Origin: the human T2T-CHM13v2.0 reference genome, Homo sapiens
Length of the DNA stretch: 64,000 nt
Assembly (NCBI RefSeq): GCF_009914755.1
Contig: NC_060927.1
Reading direction: 5' to 3' (one strand)
The notes below the pieces were generated by a model. The model made no database searches, was not told where the DNA came from, and saw only the letters and a program-made list of their open reading frames with translations. Made by a program: the position numbers and the translations under genes. Numbering within the stretch: position 1 is the stretch's first letter; every line of letters starts with the position of its first letter. Below are positions 13,091 through 25,633 of this stretch, one piece after another.

Positions 13091-15107
13091 TTGATGATGA
13101 TGATGATGTATCATACATCTTTTTAAATTTTTGGCTAACTGAAAACTCAGACCCAAATTCTTAGTCTAACTTAAATAATTTTGCAAGAATTTAGTATTAA
13201 CTTTTTGCATATTATTTCCTCTAGTATTATATTAAACATTTATTTGTGTTTTGCCATTTAAAATACCTTCTACTACGTATGTTTTTAAAGGCTATCTTAT
13301 CCATGGTTTTTAGTGAAAAAAGAAAAAAAGAAAAGTTATCTTAAACCAAATCTGTAAGGATGCATGCTATTAGGTAAATAAATATTAAACAGTCACCTTT
13401 ACAATAAATAGTTTTATTCAAAGGAATGATTTGTTTCTATTGCATTCCATCATAGTGTAGATTTATTGAAAAAAGTACTTATGCACTCTTTCAACTTGTG
13501 TAAGTGAGCAGTTTAAATGCACACCTCAGCGAGGATGTCACTCTTCTGAAAATATATTACTATACATAATATTGATTGGCAGTGTTCAAAAGAGAGTGAA
13601 AATGAAGACAATTTAGGGATTGGGGAAGGTGCCTATAATGAACTTTAACTTCACATGAGTAATAAATTTTTGTTCTATGCTAGGGTATAGAGGCTGTATA
13701 TAATGTAGTTTGGTACTGTGATACATATCAAAATAAAGTTTCTCCCTGCTTTTCTCTAATTAAAAATAAAGCATTGATTTTAAAACTATTTGTATGTATT
13801 GCTGTCAATACTTATGTTTAAAACACTACAAACTGAGCGATATCTTGACCCTGTTTTTATATGTACCAAACTTGATTGTCATTAATTTTGGAAAATCATG
13901 TATAAAGCAATATTGTTTGAAATTATGTAAGTATTTTAAAATCGTAAGGCAAGTTGATAATTTTAAGTGTATGCATATTATTCTGTTTTAGTAAGAATTA
14001 ATATTTTTCAGATTTTTAACAGGCACTTAGAAATTAGTAATTTACTGATAATAGATTTGGAACAAAAACTGAATAATGAAGTATTATTTTATACACTGTA
14101 TTCTTTGGAGATTTGAAATTGCAGTGTGCTTTCTAGTTAAATTGAAAGGTCGTAAGAAAGGGAAATGATTAAATGATATAAAAGTGACAGCTCAATAATT
14201 ACAAACATCCTATTTAATATGAATATAGCTTATCTATCAACTTGTTCTTAGTCATCACTGAAGTCCCTTCAGTAGCAGGTAGTATTGAAAATGTTGAATT
14301 AAACAGTTTAATTTACAATGAAATGAAATGAATCTCAGTGGAATAAATCAAATGTCTCACCCATGAAGGGTAATTATCTTTCTTTTTCTCAAAAAAAAGG
14401 CATCTATGACTGAGTTATGTCTTCTCACACTTGGAAAGTAACTGATGCTATTTCTAGGTGGATATTTATATGCCATTATTTAATTTTAATATATTTTTAT
14501 AATTATACCTGATATCCTAAAAATATTATCAACAAAACAGCAATTACTTTGTCAGTTACTGTTGACAGCAAAGAGATTTCTCATGTAATTGAAAAATAGC
14601 AATTATTAACTCAAAAATCTGTAAATTGCAGCAAATGTAATTATTACTATGAATATTCTTATTTTTTCCAACTCTTTCAGTATTGTGGATTCTATTGTTA
14701 ATGATCCCACATTTTCCCCCCTTTCTTTTCTAAAAGGCTGTTAGATAAACATGAAAGAGAAGTCGAAATGTCCTGCTGGCATAGTAAATCAGTGCATAGC
14801 TTGGCTTCAATCAATGAGGGGAGAACTGAAACCCATTACTGTGGATGAATACTTAACCGTCATACTTAAAGGCTCTGGTCCTTCAAATAGTTTGCAGAGA
14901 CTACAAAATCAAGCTGGAGAAGTTTTCTTTGAACAGTGTGTAGGAATTTTAGTTAAATTGCTTTCATTAGCATTAGTAAGAGGCTCCAAAAAATGTCTGC
15001 ATAGCTCTTTAGAATAGTAACAATGAAGTAAACTTTCATTAAATTTTTTTTTTAAAAATTCCTTCACTATTTTGTGATTGTTTGGAAACCTTGTGTCTGA
15101 TACTTAC

Positions 15108-15236
15108 AGTCAACATTCTGGAGGTTGTTAAAACGACCTTCCTTTTACTGAATACAATTCAGGAACAGTGAAGTGAGTTTCCCGACTCTGGCTTTGTAAT
15201 TCTTTCTGCTTTCTTTCAGAGAATATTTCACCTTCC
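15108..15236 (-). other. Candidate 129-nt exon of a minus-strand gene (5'UTR, or ending in ATG-TTG-ACT)
   Basis: Minus-strand acceptor 'cttaatgtgcatctctgcag|G' and donor 'ACT|gtaagta'; no recognisable repeat. Confidence 0.4.
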
Positions 15237-15779
15237 CTGCAGAGATGCACATTAAGACCACTAACTTGGAATGGGTCCTGATTGTTTTCCTTATAAGACT
15301 CTGATTGTGTGTGTAGATATGTACACATCCATGTATACATTTGGGTAAATATGAATATTCATATATATACATGCACAGAGAAAATATCTTTAGGTATGTA
15401 AAAGTGATACATTCTTTAGTGAATGTTAGATATTTATATAAGGAAATTTGAAAAGACAGTTTGAATCAAAATGGATTAGCCACCTGAGTATTCTGTATCC
15501 AGAGACTAAGAAATGACCAACTATATAATTACAGCATATGAGACCCCGGGGTGCTCAAACAAAGATAACTATGGCTCTTTCATTCACTCAAAGTCTAACA
15601 TTCTATTGCTTTAAATTTGATGCACAAGAAAGAGGAAGAGATAAAAATCCAATGACAAAACAAAACAAATAAAAACTCCAAAGAAGGTAAAAATATACAC
15701 CAAAGACAATGTGAGCCCTCCAAAAGCTCATTTCTTATTTTGGTTGCAAATGAGTTTTAAAGTTTTTATTGAAGATACA

Positions 15780-16230
15780 AGGTAGAGAATTGGACAACTG
15801 CGAGCAATCAAATCTGGTCCAGGTAGAGCAAGCTGATAGCAAACTGATAGCATGTTGGTATGACTCTTACTGAATTCCTCGGATTTCCACATCCTGATGA
15901 GGTTCTTTGCTCTATTTCAAAATGAACCACTTGCAAACACTTCCCCAAGTGCTGGAGTTGTTTGAGTGTTGGGCCGAACAGTATGAATCGGTAGTAATAA
16001 AAGCATCAACAGGATTCATTTGCAGCCTCCTACTGGGAGACACTTTACCTTAGCAGCTCAAATTATACTGAATCGTAATGAATGAAGAAGTGGATCCCTG
16101 CCAGGGAATAGTTTGTAACTTGGAAAAGTAGATATAATTACATAATAATTCTGCCTTTGCAGAAGGTGCCTCTGCTTTAGGAGTACCTGATGTTATTTAC
16201 GGCTGTTACTTGCAGCTCTGTTTAGTCATC
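15780..16230 (-). promoter_or_regulatory. Candidate non-CpG promoter/first exon or enhancer
   Basis: Complex, locally GC-richer repeat-free block with several retained CpGs; minus-strand donors 'AAG|gtaaag' (exon end 16049) and 'TCA|gtaaga' (15871); tandem TGATAG motifs at 15834 and 15845. Confidence 0.3.
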
Positions 16231-16448
16231 ATGTTGGTATATCAATCAAACCCAAGAATTTTATATTCTTTTTATTTCTACTTTACTGCTAAACAAAAAA
16301 TATAGTGGCATCTATTTCACTTCTGCAATCTATCTAAAATCTCAGCATCTTAACTCCTAATACTCTGCTCCAGGTTTTATTTACAGATCATATATATCTT
16401 TAATATGGAGGGATTTTTATAGTCTCTCATTTTCTCACCCCCTCTCCC

Positions 16449-16658
16449 ATATACATATATATATATATACACACATATATATACACATATATATACACAC
16501 ACATATATATACATATATACACACACATATATATACATATATATACATATATATACATATATACACATATATACATTTATATACATATATACGCATATAT
16601 ATACATATGTACACACACATATGTATATGTGTATATATACACATATATATATATATAA
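16449..16658. repeat. Compound (TA)n/(CA)n microsatellite
   Basis: ~210 bp of alternating purine-pyrimidine 'atacatatatatatacacacatat...'. Confidence 0.95.
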
Positions 16659-17559
16659 TTTGCTTGCTATAAGATTTACCTGTATAAATATTTATACACT
16701 ATACTCATACAGGTATCCTATAGCAAGAAATAGTAAAGGCTCAAATGGTGATTACATGGGAATATCTTAAATGAATCTATATTGTTCTTTAAAATATATC
16801 TCCAATTTTTTTGTTTCTTTGACTCTTATCGTTTTTCTTTAATATTCTTAAAATTAAAAGTTATTGAGGTGGTATATGTTTAATAGTCTAGAATTGTTCT
16901 AGTGTCTTAATGTAGCATGACATTACATTAACTATTATCAAAATATAGTGAAAGGAGTATATTAGCAAAATTAGATTTTGCTTTATTTCAGACAGAAATA
17001 TGATGTTAAAATCATTTTTGTGCATACAATAGTTAACCTGCTTTCATGTAATGGTAATCTCTGTGAACCTCAGACAGCATATTATAGACACAGCTATTAT
17101 ATATGGTCATATATATATATGTTTTTAAGTAATATTTTAAAGTATTTTGGAATATCTTGTGGACAGCACTTTATTGATATTACAAAGCATACGAAAATTG
17201 AATTGTAACTCAGTGCTTAAATTAGAAACATTTCTACTTCAGAAACAGAACACTAATTTTGTCAACAAAATGGAGGACGAAGCCTACTAAAATAAATAGA
17301 TAGTAAAGTCATGCAATAGGGATTAAAACCTGGCAAAACCTGATGATACGGATATAGCATGCATGCACACACACACACAGAGATATCTAATCAATAATAC
17401 TGAGAACAATGTTTGCATTGGTTAAAGTTTATAGATGAATTGATAGAAATTGTTACAAACTGGTTATATATATTTAATTGAAAGTAGCTTGCAAGGGAGA
17501 AGGGAGATAAAAGCAGTGGTGATTTTTGATGGCCTCCAAGATGTCAGCCATTGTATTAG

Positions 17560-17930
17560 ATGGCTTGCATGTATACTATTATTTAGTCTTCACAATAGAA
17601 CTATGAAGTTGATATTTTACAATAAAGTTTCTTTAGACACAAGGAGAATAAAGCAACTTTCTCAAGGTAATCTTTTAGACAGAAGTTACCCATAAGTCAG
17701 CCAAGGTCTAGATAAAACAAAGTTTGCCACTTTATGTATACACAATAGGCCCACAGTGGGCCAGACAATTGCTTAACAAAATTGACTAGAAATGAGCAGA
17801 TTGGTTAAACTACTCTGTTTTCTTAAACTTCTCAATTTTTTCATGTATAAAATGAGAAAATAAAAGTATCTATTTCATATGGTTGTTAAGAAATTTAAAT
17901 GAGTTAATTCATGTCAAATGCTCATTAAGT
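17560..17930. mobile_element. Two MIR fragments (minus ~17560-17740, plus ~17800-17930)
   Basis: 'tcttcacaatagaactatgaagttgatattttac...aagcaactttctcaaggt' and 'tttttcatgtataaaatgagaaaataaaagtatctatttcatatggttgttaag'. Confidence 0.55.
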
Positions 17931-18436
17931 GTTTCTTTTTGTAGAATTTTATCTTTTATCTGGTCTCTGTATAGAGTTGACTTCATTATCTGTGATGTCA
18001 ATATTGAATGGTAGTAAAACAGGTGTAATATTTTTGATCCATTTTAGACATTTGCAACACATATGTTCTGTAACATTTTATCCTCTATTATTTATAGGTA
18101 TGTTGGCTGTGAGAATCTAAGACCATGCTTTTTGCCACTCTATATTAATTTATAAATTTGTGGGATTCAAATGTTCTCTGGTTTGATCTTTTTTTATCTC
18201 ACCCCAGGTCTGTTTTCCCAGTATCCTGAGATCTCATCATGGTGAATTTCCATTCCGACTTATACCTGACAATCTTTAATCATGTATCTTGTTGCACAGG
18301 AATGACTTCCCCTGTTCTCTTACAACTGGCACACAGTGACTTCTCATTCAAGACTCAGTTCAAAGATCTCTTTCTGTGGGAAACATTACCTGGCAATACT
18401 GCCATCTGTATAGTGTAGAAACAACTGCTTCTCAGG

Positions 18437-18624
18437 ATAACAATTCTCAAATATTCAGGTATATAAAATCATGTGAGTAGATCATTAAAAAAATGTATAT
18501 CCTCAGGTTCCATCCCCAGACACTAATTCAGAAGGAATGAGATGAAGTCAAAGAATCTGCATTTTTAACTAATGAAGCGAATAATTCTTATACAGTCCCA
18601 AGATCATACTTTGAAAAGCTCTAC
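18437..18624. mobile_element. MER5 (hAT-Charlie) DNA transposon
   Basis: 'ttctcaaa...ccccagacactaattcagaagg...aagaatctgcatttttaac...catactttgaaaag'. Confidence 0.65.
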
Positions 18625-18789
18625 ATTAGGAGAAAATGTAAAATTTGTATCAAGAATTACTTTAGAATAACTCAGTTGGCACAGTGTGTGTGGCATTAAA
18701 ACTAGATTTACTAAGAAAGAAAATTAAGCATTCACCTCTTGAAATCTCAAAATGCCAATTAGGTTTTCACCTTTAATCACATTTCTCTA

Positions 18790-19325
18790 TATAACTCCCT
18801 CTCCACAGAGCAGTCAGAGAGATCTATTAAAATATCAACCAGATCTCCTGCCTAAAACCCTCTAATAGCTTTGTATTACAATTAGAAAAAAAAAAGAAAG
18901 AAAACCTTCCTACGGCTATAAGACATATCTAGGCACTTTCTATTTCTCTGACTATATTTCTTACAACTTGTACCTGGATTAAAATAAAAAGTTCTTATCA
19001 ATTTGATCCCTTTTTTATTCCTCAAAAACATCAAACTCATCACATATATGCCTACCATGGGGACTTTTGTTTTCCCTGTTCTTTGGGTAGTGACCACTCT
19101 TCTCTTCGGACTGGCTCAGTCTTTTCATTTGATGTCTCACCTCAAACATCATCTCTTCAGAGAAGCATTTCTGAAAACTCTACCTGAACTATCTCCCACT
19201 CTCTCCAAGTCTTCTTCATCTTGTCCAGGACAGCTGCTGTCCTAAGTGCTGAAGATACTGTGGGGTATAGTATCTTCATAGATATTATAGATACTATAGA
19301 AGAGCTTAATAAATGGCTGTTGAAA
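18790..19325 (+). mobile_element. L2 3' fragment
   Basis: 'tctcacctcaaacatcatctcttcagagaagcatttctga' and terminal 'gcttaataaatggctgttgaa'. Confidence 0.6.
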
Positions 19326-19999
19326 ACAAATACACTGTATGTAATTGAAACTCTATTGATACTCTTATTCCATGGATTATAGCATGCTAAGGTTGAAATA
19401 ACATTCATGTATTGAAATAAATCTTTCACCAATTTGAAAACAGAAAATCTAGGCTGTAGGGACATCTATAGTTGAGACAAATGTCTGTTCAGTTGAGCCA
19501 GCAAGTGAACTTATCTGAAAATATAGATAAGAGAAATCAGAAGAAAAGGAGAAAGTTAACAAGACAGTTAATTTCTCCCACGAATTAATTTTTCATTGAA
19601 ACAGCTACTTACTTAATATTAAATGTGTACACCTGGTTGTGTAAACATTTTAAACAATAGAAGTCTAAGAATCATTTAAATTTTAGTGTATTTTAAAAAA
19701 TTTAATATATTTTCTTACCAATATTGTTTTTTAAAAGTAAAAACAAAATGAGGCTTTGGAACAATCAATATTTACCAAGTATATACTTTTGCCAAATGCT
19801 GTTTAAATTTAAATTTAAATCTCAACAGATGATACTGGTAATATTTCAATCTCATGACAATTTCTAGGTTTTTAGAAAATATTTTCCAAATACCAACAAA
19901 TTTACTGGAGCTTAGTCCTTTAGTTCAGACTTGATAATTTATGTTATACTTTTTATTTTGCTATGCTTTGCTTTTCCTCTACAATACTTAAATGGCTTC

Positions 20000-20368
20000 T
20001 GATGTAGTTTGGCTCTGTGTCCCACCCAAATCTCATCTTGTAGCTCCCATGATTCTCATGTGTGGTGGGAGGGGCCTGGTGGGAGATGATTGAATCACAG
20101 GGGCGGGTCTTTCCCTTGCTGTTCTCATGATAGTGAATGAATCTCATGAAATCTAATGGTTTTAAAAATGAGAGTTTCCCTACACTAGCTCTCTCTTTGC
20201 CTGCTGTCATTCACATAAGATGTGACTTGCTCCTCCTTGCCTTCTGCCATGATTGTGAAGGTTTCCCCAGCCATGTGGAACTGTGAGTTCTCCATTAGAC
20301 CTCTTTCCTTTGTAAATTGCCCAGTCTTGGGTATGTCATTATCAGCAGTGTGAAAACAGACTAAAACA
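20000..20368 (+). mobile_element. THE1 (MaLR) solo LTR
   Basis: Full TG...CA LTR 'tgatgtagtttggctctgtgtcccacccaaatctcatc...gtgaaaacagactaaaaca'; 5-bp TSD gcttc/acttc. Confidence 0.93.
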
Positions 20369-21429
20369 ACTTCTTAAATAAATTAGGCAAAATAAGCAAT
20401 AATATCAGAGTCAGAATAATGCGTCGAGAGCTGTTTTGTGACCAGATAATTTAGGGAAGAGCCTTTTGTTGGCTGAAATAAACAAAGTTTTCTGGCTGCT
20501 TCTTTAATATATAGCTAATTCTTTTCAGCACCATATGGTTTGTAATTTCAGCTATAAGTGTAGAAATTATAAAGAGCTAAATTTAGAGGATGCTCATGAC
20601 AGCAACCCATTTGGAGATTCCCATGAGGTAAATGTCTTGATTTCATTATTCTCATTGTGGTGCACTTTTGTGGGTATTTTGGAAATTTTTCAGTGCCTAT
20701 GACAAGCCCAACTTCACTATTAATTTATTTAGAGTCCCAGTAGAAACAAAACTTTTCTTTATAGAAGGTAGACTTGAAATTATGTTTTGAAAATACAATA
20801 TGTTGTCTGGAAATTTAATATGACTATTATACCATTTTCAATAAAATCTAATAGAATAGATTTTATTCTATTAAATTAACAGAATAGATTTTATCTAAAA
20901 TCTAAAATAAAATAACTTGAGTATTATTTTTATTAAAAGTTTATTTTAATTCATATCACGATGCTTAGAAAACCTAGTATAGAACCTTGGGAAACCTGCA
21001 TAGTATCGTCAAGTACACGTACTATTTGTCAAGTCTATTGACAACAACTATGGAAAGTTCCAAAGCAAAGAGCATTGCCAATAAAAGCAGTGTACTGAGC
21101 TTCTTTTGAGAATTAAACCATGATTAATCATCATGTTTATTACTGAGTAATATTTGTGGCTGAGTGTTGCCATTACTTAATTTTTTGTGAGTGATTTCTT
21201 ATTTGTTTGTTTTAAAGCTGGAAACAAGATAAACTTTGTTTCCAGATTTATAACTTTAATGTTCTGTAATATTCTCCCATATGATTGTTACTTTCCTGCT
21301 TTAGCAAGTCTAGCTTGCTGGAGATGATAATGCTTATATTGGAAAAGTATGAACTATAGTGGTTTTGAGAAGAAAAAAAGATGATCTATTAGACTGAACC
21401 ATATTAAGTTGTCCATGAATATGTCAATG

Positions 21430-21595
21430 GTGCTCAATTTTACATATTAGATACACTAGGGACATGTTAAAACAATACTAATGTCCAGGCCCCTCACAAA
21501 CCAATTAGATCTGAATTTTTAAAGGTAGGACAAGGGCATCAGTTTTCTTAAAATTCAAACATTGTTTCAATATGCAGTCATAGTTAAGAGCCACT
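21430..21595. mobile_element. MER5 fragment
   Basis: 'tgttaaaacaatactaatgtccaggcccctcacaaaccaattagatctgaa...atgcagtcatagttaagagccact'. Confidence 0.6.
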
Positions 21596-22899
21596 AATAC
21601 ATGTAATCCTGTTTTTCATAGAATATCATAGTCGCAACTTCCATGGAACCAATCACTGTATGCAGAGAATAACTTTCCATAAAAAAGGATGGGAGGAGAA
21701 TAACTTTCCATAAAAGTAACAAATAAAATATTCCTTTCAAAGAAAGATTTTTAAAAATTAGGCCAAAAAGTGGAAATATTTTCAAATGTATTTAAATTCA
21801 ATTTTGTATAATATAACAAACAAGGACCTTCACCAGTGAGAGTATGACGAAGCAGTTAATAATGGTTGCAATAGTGTCAATTCTGCCTATTTGACAAAAA
21901 ATGAGGGAAATTTTAATAAAATATGAACCCCCAAGGAAACATCTGTGGAAGCGTATGATCGGAGTTTTGGAATAATACAAATATAAAAAACTTGTAAAAT
22001 CCAAATTCCAGAGCTCTTTAGGTGAGAGGTAAATCTTCCTTGCTTGCGACTGCTCATAGGGCCTTTTTTGGCACATGGACAAGAATGTAGATGAGATGTC
22101 AGAAAGGTAGTAGAGAAGAGGAACGTAAAATGAAGTAACTAGGTATAAACTCAGCTATTTTCAATGAGGTATTAAACATATGCTACTACTCTTCCACAGA
22201 TTAAGTTGCTTATAAAGAGAATATTTTACTTAGTATATTAGAAGAATTTCAAACGTGAATTTCAAGGTTTTCTTGCTTCATATAGATGTATATTTTATGA
22301 TATTAGTGGACTGAAGTATCTACTGAACTGAAGACATTGCCTAGGGACATATTTTTTAATTTTAAATATTTTTGAGCTTATTTTCTTTTTGTACCTCCTT
22401 GTAAAAGAAGTATATATAATTGAACCTAATTGCTGGTTCTAATTTATATGAACTTTTACATAGTGCCCCAAGAAGAAATAATACCTGTGTAACAAGGTAT
22501 GTCAAAAAGGCTCTACAATTTCTGTCAAATGAAAGTTGAGTTAGTGCAGTTACACATGCTTGCCATTTTTTCAAATCATTGTTTCCTAAAAATAATTACA
22601 ATATGGGCCTCTGAAGAATTTATGTCCTTGTGAATAATGCAATTTTACATATATATGTGTGTGCATGTATATTATCAATGTGTACTTGACTCTTTTATGT
22701 GATAGATCAATCATTTTAGATGCAAATTTCTAATTTCAAGTTGCTGACTTTCTGATAAGACAAAGGTAGATTTCTTGACAGAAACTACATAGCAAACTTT
22801 AAAATTCCATAGCTACTTTGTATTTATACATTCAATTTTCAAACAGAAAATTAATTTTTTTAAATGTGTATATGTGCATACATGTATTTAACAATTCAT

Positions 22900-23055
22900 T
22901 CTAATGGCTTGTGGCCCATGTTTCCAGATCTGTAAAATAGAAATTGTAGCAGTTCCTATGTGATGGGAGTGCTGTTAAACCAAATTATTTGATCCATGAG
23001 AAATACTTAGCATAGTACTCGTCACATATTAAAGGCTTAAATGAATGCTAGTTGA
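22900..23055 (+). mobile_element. MIR
   Basis: 'tttccagatctgtaaaatagaaattgtagcag...aaatacttagcatagt'. Confidence 0.55.
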
Positions 23056-23761
23056 CAAAATGAAAGGGATTAGTGGATACTTCTTAAGGTCTCTCCTTTA
23101 TAGCTTATTCTAAACCTCCATTGCTATATTTCTTCTTGTTTTAAAAAATACAATCTCATGAAAATGGTAAGGATCACATCATGCCTGATGCACAAAAAAT
23201 TTTCTGAGAACACACACATAAGCGGCATATACAGGAATAGAACCTAGATCTTCTTTTTCCAAATTTTTGACACATTCTACTATGTCACACTGCCTCCACA
23301 ATTCCACATGGTAAAATTATTTCTAAGTGGGTAAAAAATACTCTTACAGAATTAAGTGAATATGTTCAAAAAACTAGTCACAGTAATCTCGAAGAAGTAC
23401 AGTGATTTTTAAAGTCTTATACCTCCGATGGTATTTCGAAGATTGTTGCACACTATAGAAATTTTTAAGGAAGTGTTTTCTTTAATCTTTTCAACATTTT
23501 GCATGTTCAAATATTACAACTAAAAGAAAAAATCTTTGAATTAAGTATTTCCTTTTTACTATTCTAGAGCTGCCTTTATCTTGTAACATTAGTGTAATAA
23601 TGAACTAATTTGTTATATCATGGGTAATTTATTTTAGGACATAAAAAAATTTAGTGCATACAATTTAACAAATAATATATACACTAATCTATGTATTTGT
23701 AATGTATGATAGTTATTTGGATTTAAATCTAGAAAAAAACTCTGAGTTAAAAATATATGTA

Positions 23762-24926
23762 CAGCCATGCACAGTATAATGATATTTCAGCCAATGATGG
23801 ACTGTGTATACCGGTCATGTCCCTTAAGAGTATAATGGAGATAAAAAAGTCCTATTGCTCCGTAGTGTTGCAGCCGTCATAACATTGTCATATAGAACAA
23901 TACATTACTCATATGTTTCTGGTGATGCTGGTGTAAGAAACCTACTGTGCTGCCAGTTGTTTAAAAGTATAGTACATAATACTTGACAATGATAATACAA
24001 GGCTATGTTACCAGCTTATGTATTTACTACAATTTTTATCATTATTGTAGATTGTACTCCTTCTACTTATAAAAAAGACTTAGCTGTAGAACAGCCTCAG
24101 GCAAGTCCTTCAGGAAGTATTCCGGAAGAAGGCATTGTTATCATAGGAGATGACAGCTCTATGAATGTTATTGCCCTTGAAGACCTTCCAGTGGGACAAG
24201 ACGCAGAGGTGACAGACAATGATACTGATGATCCTGACCCTGTGTATGCCTAGGCTAATGTGTGTGTTTTTGCCTTGGTTTATAACAAAAAAGCTTAAAA
24301 AATAAAAAGGTTACTTTTAAAAAATGAAAAATTGAAAAAAGCTTATAAAATAAGGATATAAAGAAAGAAAATATTTTGTACAGTTTATTTCAAGCAATGT
24401 GTTATTACAAAAGAGTCCAAAATTTTAAAAAATTAGAAATGTATAAAAATTTTACAGTAACCTAAGGCTAATTTATTTTTAAAGATAGAAAATTTAAAAA
24501 ATAAAATTAGTGTAGCCTCAATGTACAGTGTTGATCAAGTCTACAGTAATGTACAAGAATGTCTTAAGCCTTCACATTCACTCACCACTTACTCACTATC
24601 TCACCCAGAGCAACATCCTGTCCTGAAAGCCCCATTTCGCTAAGTGCCCTATCAAATGTAGCATTTAAAAACATTTTATACCACATTTTGTACTGTACCT
24701 TTTCTGTTTTGATATTTTTAAATACACAAATACTTATCATTATATTATGATTGCCTACAGTCTTCAATACAATAACATGCTGTATAAGTTTGTAGCCTAT
24801 GAGCAATAGACTTAAAACCTAGGTATATGGTAGGACATGCCATCTAGATTTCTGTAAGTACAGTCTATGATGTCTACACAACAAAATGCTTGTCTCAGAA
24901 TGTATTCCTAACATTAAGCATGACTG
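23762..24926. mobile_element. Tigger3b (MER7B) TcMar DNA transposon, near full length
   Basis: Termini 'cagccatgcacagtataatga' and 'ttaagcatgactg'; TA on the left and CA (decayed TA) on the right; interior matches the recalled Tigger3 consensus; ~1.17 kb. Confidence 0.88.
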
Positions 24927-25285
24927 CACTTGTTAGTTCATTAGAGAGGTTATTGTTGAATACCTATTATATCCCATTATAATCTTTCTTTAATAGGCAG
25001 AATAACTAACAATTATCCTGAAAGGTAAATATTAACATTCTACTCTTTCCTTTTTGGTACCTGGCATGATTAAATCATGTATATTCTTTTTTTTAAATTG
25101 AAACATGCATATATGTTTACAAAAGTCATATATTTTTTGAAATGAAGAAAAGATAAATCCTCATGTTGATACTATATCACATTGCAAAATCTATGCTTTA
25201 ATATCAATAATTTAATTGAATTTTTTTCTTTAATATGTTCTAGAACGTCTTGCAATAATTTCTTTTGAATTTAAAAGGTATCATT

Positions 25286-25633
<348 letters not shown>

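Noticed and set aside
14751-15017. 88-aa ATG-initiated ORF
   Set aside because: No recognisable homology or exon context; length is within chance expectation.
16377-16644. Y/I/C/V-rich ORFs
   Set aside because: Translations of the TA/CA microsatellite; the same applies to ORFs at 45570-45798 and 46502-46882.
20841-20900. Overlapping 10-bp AT-rich inverted repeats
   Set aside because: Short, low complexity, and common in AT-rich DNA.
21665-21715. 20-bp direct repeat with an 11-bp spacer (superficially CRISPR-like)
   Set aside because: Only two copies in human DNA; an ordinary local duplication. The same applies to 29197-29255, 30324-30410 and ~63024-63069.
24005-24253. 82-aa acidic ORF
   Set aside because: Internal to non-autonomous Tigger3b; a transposon remnant, not an intact transposase.
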